The notes under the pieces were generated by a model that was given only the letters and a program-made list of their open reading frames with translations, was not told the DNA's origin and did no database searches. From NCBI GenBank assembly GCA_963664405.1, contig OY761158.1, positions 5,184,001 to 5,248,000 of the forward strand: a stretch of 64,000 bases of DNA, read 5' to 3'. The position numbers and the translations under genes are program-made. Source of the DNA: Thermoanaerobaculia bacterium (GTDB lineage: Bacteria > Acidobacteriota > Thermoanaerobaculia > Multivoradales > Multivoraceae). Positions 58,953 through 64,000 of this stretch are shown here, one piece after another (within the stretch, counting starts at the first letter, position 1; every line of letters begins with the position of its first letter).

Positions 58953-61085
58953 CTACAGGCCCTCGTCCAGGCCGATGCCTTCGAGTGGGAGGGGATGGGG
59001 CTCGGCGGCTGCGCCGTGCTCTATCGATAGCGAGGCGCTGCGCGGGCCGGCCTCGGTCGGTTTGAATCGAAGGCCGACCGTGCAGTCGCTGCTTGGCGCC
59101 AGGTAGGGTGCGCCGGCGCAAGTGCCTGGAACGATCTGGAAGTCTTGTGGATGGTCGCCGGCCAGGCGGATCTCGCCCATCGCAAGGCGACCTTCTCCTT
59201 CGTTGCGGACCACGATCGTGGCGATCTCGCTACGCTCTCCGAGAGGGTGCGAAGCAAAGTGCTGAGTCTCGGGGTCGAGGACGATGCGCGGCAGGCGCGG
59301 GAGAATGCCATCGCCAACTGCTGGGACGACGCTCGGGCTGGTACGGCCGTTGTGGCGAGTGACCAGGGAAGCTACCTTGCGGCCCGCGTCCGAAGGCGCC
59401 ATCTCCAGGACCAGCGTGCATGAGCCTCCGGGTTGCAGCCGCGGCTGCGAGCGACAGCCGTCGACGACGATTCGTAAATCTCGGCTGCCTTCGAGACGCA
59501 GATCGGAGAGACTGAGCTGGGCGGATCCGGTGTTGGTGAGGGTGACGCGTTGACGGCTACGGTCGCCCACCTCCACTTCGCCGAAGCTGACCTGAGCGGT
59601 CGAGATCTCGAGCCGACCTCGAGCCCCGACCCCTTCGAGCTCGAGGGTCGCCGAGATATTTGGGTCGCCGCTCGGTATCTCGATCGTGGCGGTCTGAGGC
59701 CCCTCTTCGAGGGCCTGGAAAGAGACCTCCAGCCGGCACTCTTCTCCTGGCGAGAGGATGGCTTGACTGCAGCCGTCTACGATCATCAGAAACGCGTCTT
59801 GCGCCTGAGTGCTTAGGCGCAAGCTGCCGAGCTCGAGCGCGGCGGAGCCGTCATTGGCCATCACTACTTGTTGCACGCGGCCGCCACTGTGCACCGGCAA
59901 TCGACCGAAGTCGACTCGGGACGGTGAGACCCGAAGACGGGGCTCGATAGCGTTGCCGGTGAGAGCGACGGTTGCCATCGGCTCCGGCGTATCAGAAACG
60001 ATCTGGATGGCGGCGTCCAATTTTCCTTCGGCCGCCGGCGTGAAGCGCACCTGGAGACGGCAGCTCTCTTCGCGCTGGAGCAGAGCTCCATCGCAATTGT
60101 GGAGCTCGAGATCGAAGGAAGCTGCGGGGTCCTCGAGCTGGATATCGGTGATCCGCAGCCCGCCGGTTCCACCGTTTCGAAGGAGCAGCTCCATTTGCTG
60201 AGCCGTGCCCACGCGCGCGGTGGCGAAATCGAGCGCAGTCTCGCTCAGCACCAGGACCGGCTGCGGTGCCACTCCGGAGCCGAGCAGGGTGAGCTCGTGT
60301 GGCGCCCCGGAGGCATCGCTGTCGATTCGAAGCGCGGCTCGACGTGGTCCGGCAGAAGAGGGCGAGAAGACAACCGCCATCTGACAACCTGCATCGGGCT
60401 CGATCGCCAGTCCAGAGCAACCGTCCTGGATCAGAGCGAAATCTTTCGCCGCCGGCCCGACCAGTGTGGGTGCGACGAAGTGGAGAGTTGCCGAACCGCC
60501 GTTCTCTATCCGTAGGGAGTTTGAGTCCGTGGTCTCCCCGAGCAAGATCGATTCGAAGCGAAGCTCTTGTGGGCTTGCGGCCAGAATCGGCTCCGTCGCC
60601 GTGCCCTCAACGAGGAGCCGGAGAGGACTATTGATCGCGGATCCTGTGACGACGAGAACCGCCTCGCGATCTCCGGCCGCTCGAGGAGAGAAGGTCAAGG
60701 ACAAGACGCAGGACTCGTCCCCGGCCAGGGTTGCCTGGGAACAGTTGTCGACGCCGATCGTCAGCTCCTCGGCGTGTGCTCCTTCCAAGGCGACGCTGTC
60801 GATCTCGAGCCGTCGCGTGCCGCCGTTGCGGATCTCGACGGGCCAGTCGGTTGTCGAGTCGCCGACTCGGGTGGGGGGGAGCTCTACGAGCTCCACCTCG
60901 GTCCGAAAGAGTGCGGGTCGTGGCCTTGGCGCCAAATAACCGGCGATCGCTGCTATGACCAGCAATACGACGAGCAGCCAACGCCGACTTTTTGCCGGCT
61001 TGGTAGGAGGGGAGGGCTCGGTCGGCGGCCTCTCGTGCCTGGGCTCACCCGGAAGAGGGAGGTCGAGAAGAGAGTCTTCGGGCAT
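58953..61085 (-). CDS. Membrane-anchored choice-of-anchor D (ASH/PapD-like Ig) repeat protein, six domains
   Basis: Pro-rich N-terminus and one TM, then six ~108-aa repeats (F....G..N.G..L...C-x10/11-C..F.P...G....G). Confidence 0.85.
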   Translation of the reverse strand: MPEDSLLDLPLPGEPRHERPPTEPSPPTKPAKSRRWLLVVLLVIAAIAGYLAPRPRPALFRTEVELVELPPTRVGDSTTDWPVEIRNGGTRRLEIDSVALEGAHAEELTIGVDNCSQATLAGDESCVLSLTFSPRAAGDREAVLVVTGSAINSPLRLLVEGTATEPILAASPQELRFESILLGETTDSNSLRIENGGSATLHFVAPTLVGPAAKDFALIQDGCSGLAIEPDAGCQMAVVFSPSSAGPRRAALRIDSDASGAPHELTLLGSGVAPQPVLVLSETALDFATARVGTAQQMELLLRNGGTGGLRITDIQLEDPAASFDLELHNCDGALLQREESCRLQVRFTPAAEGKLDAAIQIVSDTPEPMATVALTGNAIEPRLRVSPSRVDFGRLPVHSGGRVQQVVMANDGSAALELGSLRLSTQAQDAFLMIVDGCSQAILSPGEECRLEVSFQALEEGPQTATIEIPSGDPNISATLELEGVGARGRLEISTAQVSFGEVEVGDRSRQRVTLTNTGSAQLSLSDLRLEGSRDLRIVVDGCRSQPRLQPGGSCTLVLEMAPSDAGRKVASLVTRHNGRTSPSVVPAVGDGILPRLPRIVLDPETQHFASHPLGERSEIATIVVRNEGEGRLAMGEIRLAGDHPQDFQIVPGTCAGAPYLAPSSDCTVGLRFKPTEAGPRSASLSIEHGAAAEPHPLPLEGIGLDEGL

Positions 61086-61158
61086 GTTCCCACCATTGTA
61101 GTGCTGGTCCTCCGGCTCTGGACCTGCGGCTATACTCTCGCCGGCTGCGTGAACGACA

Positions 61159-62082
61159 GTGGAAGATTTTCTCTTCATCGGCCTCGGCGTGGTCCTGCTC
61201 TACTCTGGCGGCGAAGTGCTCGTCGGCAGTGTGAGCCGGATGGCCACGGCGTTTGGCGTCTCGCCGCTGATAATCGGTCTCACCGTGGTCGCGTTCGGCA
61301 CCTCGAGCCCCGAGATTGCCGTCGCCGTCGGCGCGGCCCTGAGCGGGCAGCCCGATATCGCTCTCGGCAATGTGCTTGGCTCGAACGTGGCCAACCTGGG
61401 CCTCATCCTCGGCCTCTCCGCAGTGATCGCCCCGGTCGAAGCCCACTCCAGTTTTCTACGGCGAGATCTACCGTTCATGCTCGGAGTGGCCGTTTTGCTC
61501 TTGGTGGCGGGCTGGATCGGATTCGGGCGCATTCTCGGTGTTGTTCTGGTCGCTCTCTTGGTTGCCTACCTATGGGTCCTCTTTCGCGACGGCGGCGCGG
61601 CGGACCTCGAAGACGCGGAGGAGGGCTCCGCTGTCGACCGCTGGCTTGGGCCGGCAGGCGCAGTGCTCGGCATCGGCCTGTTGGTTTTCGGCGCCGACGT
61701 TCTCGTCGATTCGGCGGTGGAGGTGGCTCGCGGCCTTGGCGTAAGCGAACGGATCATCGGGCTCACCCTGGTGGCCTTCGGCACCAGCCTGCCCGAGCTG
61801 TCCGGCTGTCTGGTGGCGGCGGCCCAGAACAAGGGCGATCTCATCATCGGTAATATCGCCGGGTCGAACATCTTCAACACCCTGCTGGTCCTGCCTGCCG
61901 CCATCTTCTTGCTGCCAATCGTTGCTGACGCCTCTGATCTCTTCGATGTCGGCGTCGTCATAGGCTTCAGCACGGTCGCCTGTGTTCTGTTCTTTCGCAA
62001 CGGCCGCTTGTCGCGGCGCGGTGGCGCTCTGCTTCTGAGCGCCTATGTTGTGTACGTGGTGTACCTCTTCACCGTTGGTTAG
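61159..62082 (+). CDS. Ca2+/Na+ antiporter (YrbG-like)
   Basis: Two alpha repeats: IIGLTVVAFGTSSPE..GNVLGSN and IIGLTLVAFGTSLPE..GNIAGSN. Confidence 0.92.
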   Translation: MEDFLFIGLGVVLLYSGGEVLVGSVSRMATAFGVSPLIIGLTVVAFGTSSPEIAVAVGAALSGQPDIALGNVLGSNVANLGLILGLSAVIAPVEAHSSFLRRDLPFMLGVAVLLLVAGWIGFGRILGVVLVALLVAYLWVLFRDGGAADLEDAEEGSAVDRWLGPAGAVLGIGLLVFGADVLVDSAVEVARGLGVSERIIGLTLVAFGTSLPELSGCLVAAAQNKGDLIIGNIAGSNIFNTLLVLPAAIFLLPIVADASDLFDVGVVIGFSTVACVLFFRNGRLSRRGGALLLSAYVVYVVYLFTVG

Positions 62083-62136
62083 CCTCTACGGCAGCACTAG
62101 CGGCGCCGCGGACCACCCGAGACGAAGGCCTATGGA

Positions 62137-63222
62137 CTACTCGCACTGCGCCTTGTGGCGCAGGGCGTGATCGGCAAGAGTCAAGGCGATCATGGCTTCC
62201 GCCATGGGCACGAAGCGAGGCAAGAGGCATGGGTCGTGGCGTCCGCGAGTGCTGATGGTCGTGGGCTCTCCCGCTCGGGTGACGGTAGGCTGCTCGCGGG
62301 GCAGACTGCTGGTGGGCTTGACCGCGCAACGAAGCAGCAAGGGCATCCCGGAGGAGATGCCACCCAGCATGCCGCCGTGTCGGTTGGTCTCGGTGATTAT
62401 GCTTCCCTCGTGCGCGACGAAAGTGTCATTGGCCTCGGAGCCGCGGAGTGTTGCGACCGCGAAGCCGGCGCCATACTCGACTCCGACGACCGCGGGTAGG
62501 CTGAAGAGAGCTTTGCCCAGGTCTGCCTTGAGCTTGTCGAATACCGGTTCGCCCCAACCCGGCGGCACGCCAGTTGCGACGATCGCCGCGATCCCGCCGA
62601 CAGAGTCACGCTCCTCCCTCATGCGCTCGATGAGCTCGACCATGCGCGGGGCGATCTCCGGGTCGGGACAGCGGACGGGTGTGGCCTCTACCTCTTCGAG
62701 GCGGACGGTGGTCGGATCCTCCACGCGGGCGACGAGCTCGCCGATCTGGGCGACGTAGCCTACGATCTCGACCCCCCAGCGTTCGCGGAGGAGTTTCTTG
62801 GCCACCGCGCCGGCCGCTACTCTTACCGAGGTCTCTCGGGCACTCGAGCGCCCGCCGCCACGGTAGTCGCGGAATCCGTACTTGGCGTCGAAGGTGAGAT
62901 CGGCGTGCCCTGGCCGATATTTGTCCTTGATGTCGGAATAGTCACGAGGGCGCTGATCACGGTTGTGGATGACAATGGCGATGGTCGTGCCGGTGGTGCG
63001 GCCTTCGAAGACGCCGGAAAGAATCTCCGGCTCGTCGCCTTCATCGCGCTGGCTGGTGATGCTCGATTGGCCTGGGCGCCGGCGGTCCAGATCGGGTTGC
63101 AGATCGTGGGTGGAGAGCTCGATTCCCGGCGGCATGCCGTCGATAATGACGACGTAGCCAGGGCCATGGCTCTCGCCTGCGGTGGTGACCGTGAAAGCTT
63201 GGCCGAAGGAGTTGCCTGCCAT
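62137..63222 (-). CDS. aroC: Chorismate synthase
   Basis: GESHG, RPGHAD, RGGGRSSARET, GGISSG and RGRHDPC; start at MAGNSFG. Confidence 0.97.
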   Translation of the reverse strand: MAGNSFGQAFTVTTAGESHGPGYVVIIDGMPPGIELSTHDLQPDLDRRRPGQSSITSQRDEGDEPEILSGVFEGRTTGTTIAIVIHNRDQRPRDYSDIKDKYRPGHADLTFDAKYGFRDYRGGGRSSARETSVRVAAGAVAKKLLRERWGVEIVGYVAQIGELVARVEDPTTVRLEEVEATPVRCPDPEIAPRMVELIERMREERDSVGGIAAIVATGVPPGWGEPVFDKLKADLGKALFSLPAVVGVEYGAGFAVATLRGSEANDTFVAHEGSIITETNRHGGMLGGISSGMPLLLRCAVKPTSSLPREQPTVTRAGEPTTISTRGRHDPCLLPRFVPMAEAMIALTLADHALRHKAQCE

Positions 63223-63294
63223 AGGACGGATGTTAGCAGTGGCGGACACCGCTTTCGCGCTCGCCGAGCCTTCGGACTCTCGTACAATCGACCT

Positions 63295-64000
63295 GTGCTT
63301 CCCTCCAGACGTCTCTACCTCGGCGTGCTTCCAGTCTTGCTCGTGGTGCTCTTTGTGGCCGACGTGGCTACCGGTTCGGTGAACATCCCCCTCAGGGCCA
63401 CGGTGTCGATTCTGCTCGGCGAGGACGTGTCGCAGAAAGCGTGGGTGAGCATCGTGCGCAATCTGCGGCTGCCGCAGGCGGTGACAGCTGCTCTGTCCGG
63501 CGCCGCTCTGTCTGTGAGCGGCCTCATGATGCAGACCGTATTTCGTAACCCACTGGCTGGCCCCTTCGTTCTGGGTATCAGCTCGGGCGCGAGCCTGGGA
63601 GTGGCATTGGTGGTGCTGACCGGTGGCGCCGGAGTGCTGGCGGGTTGGGGAGGCAGTCTGGGGCATGCGGGAGCCGGAGTCTTGGGTGCAATGGCGGTGC
63701 TTGTGCTGGTGGTGTATGCGGCCCGGCGAGTGCCCACTCTCACACTTCTGATTCTGGGAGTTCTCTTCGGCTATGCGGTCTCGGCGCTGGTGAGCATTCT
63801 GCTTCGCTTCAGCTCGGCCGAGAGCATACAGAGCTATGTGATCTGGACACTCGGCGAGTTCAGCGGCGTAACCTGGTCGGAGCTCGGTGTGCTCACCCCG
63901 GTTATTGCGGTGGGTCTGCTGATGGCGGTGGTCGCGGTGAAGCCGCTGAATGCTCTGCTTCTCGGCGAGGCCTATGCGCGCTCAATGGGTGTCGCGGTGG
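63295..64000 (+). CDS. FecCD/BtuC-family ABC transporter permease (partial, runs off the window)
   Basis: Not in the ORF track. Manual translation gives LRLPQAVTA..GAALSVSGLMMQTVFRNPLAGPFVLGISSGA. Confidence 0.9.
   Translation, partial: MLPSRRLYLGVLPVLLVVLFVADVATGSVNIPLRATVSILLGEDVSQKAWVSIVRNLRLPQAVTAALSGAALSVSGLMMQTVFRNPLAGPFVLGISSGASLGVALVVLTGGAGVLAGWGGSLGHAGAGVLGAMAVLVLVVYAARRVPTLTLLILGVLFGYAVSALVSILLRFSSAESIQSYVIWTLGEFSGVTWSELGVLTPVIAVGLLMAVVAVKPLNALLLGEAYARSMGVAV

Noticed and set aside
58212-59121. Long repetitive ORFs over the tandem array
   Set aside because: Open in several frames on both strands because of GC-rich repeats; no protein-like features.
62137-63666. 509-aa extended chorismate synthase
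   Set aside because: The extension overlaps the opposite-strand FecCD permease; the canonical start is MAGNSFG at 63222.

Overview
High-GC bacterial chromosome segment. Gene content (Oar-type TonB receptor, exosortase H, choice-of-anchor D protein) suggests Acidobacteriota, which is an inference. Core genes are glcB, smc, pyrR-pyrB-pyrC-suhB and aroC. They flank many redox/catabolic genes and a decaying catabolic island (TetR, TonB receptor, CocE hydrolase, amine oxidase, esterase) that runs from an intact IS6 to an IS91-like remnant. The main highlights are: (1) a UGSC-family selenoprotein split in two by the ORF track (in-frame TGA in H-U-G-S-C), in an apparent operon with a luciferase-like oxidoreductase and a Cys-containing partner; (2) a SAM-I riboswitch controlling a threonine-synthase-like PLP enzyme plus a ubiquitin-like sulfur carrier, probably a carrier-dependent homocysteine route; (3) two related palindromic repeat elements, a 180-bp MITE-like hairpin and a 219-bp tandem array; (4) about ten deletion scars or pseudogenes; (5) a recurring leaderless-promoter architecture. 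No tRNA, rRNA or CRISPR array was seen. All calls come from manual reading; no database searches were run.
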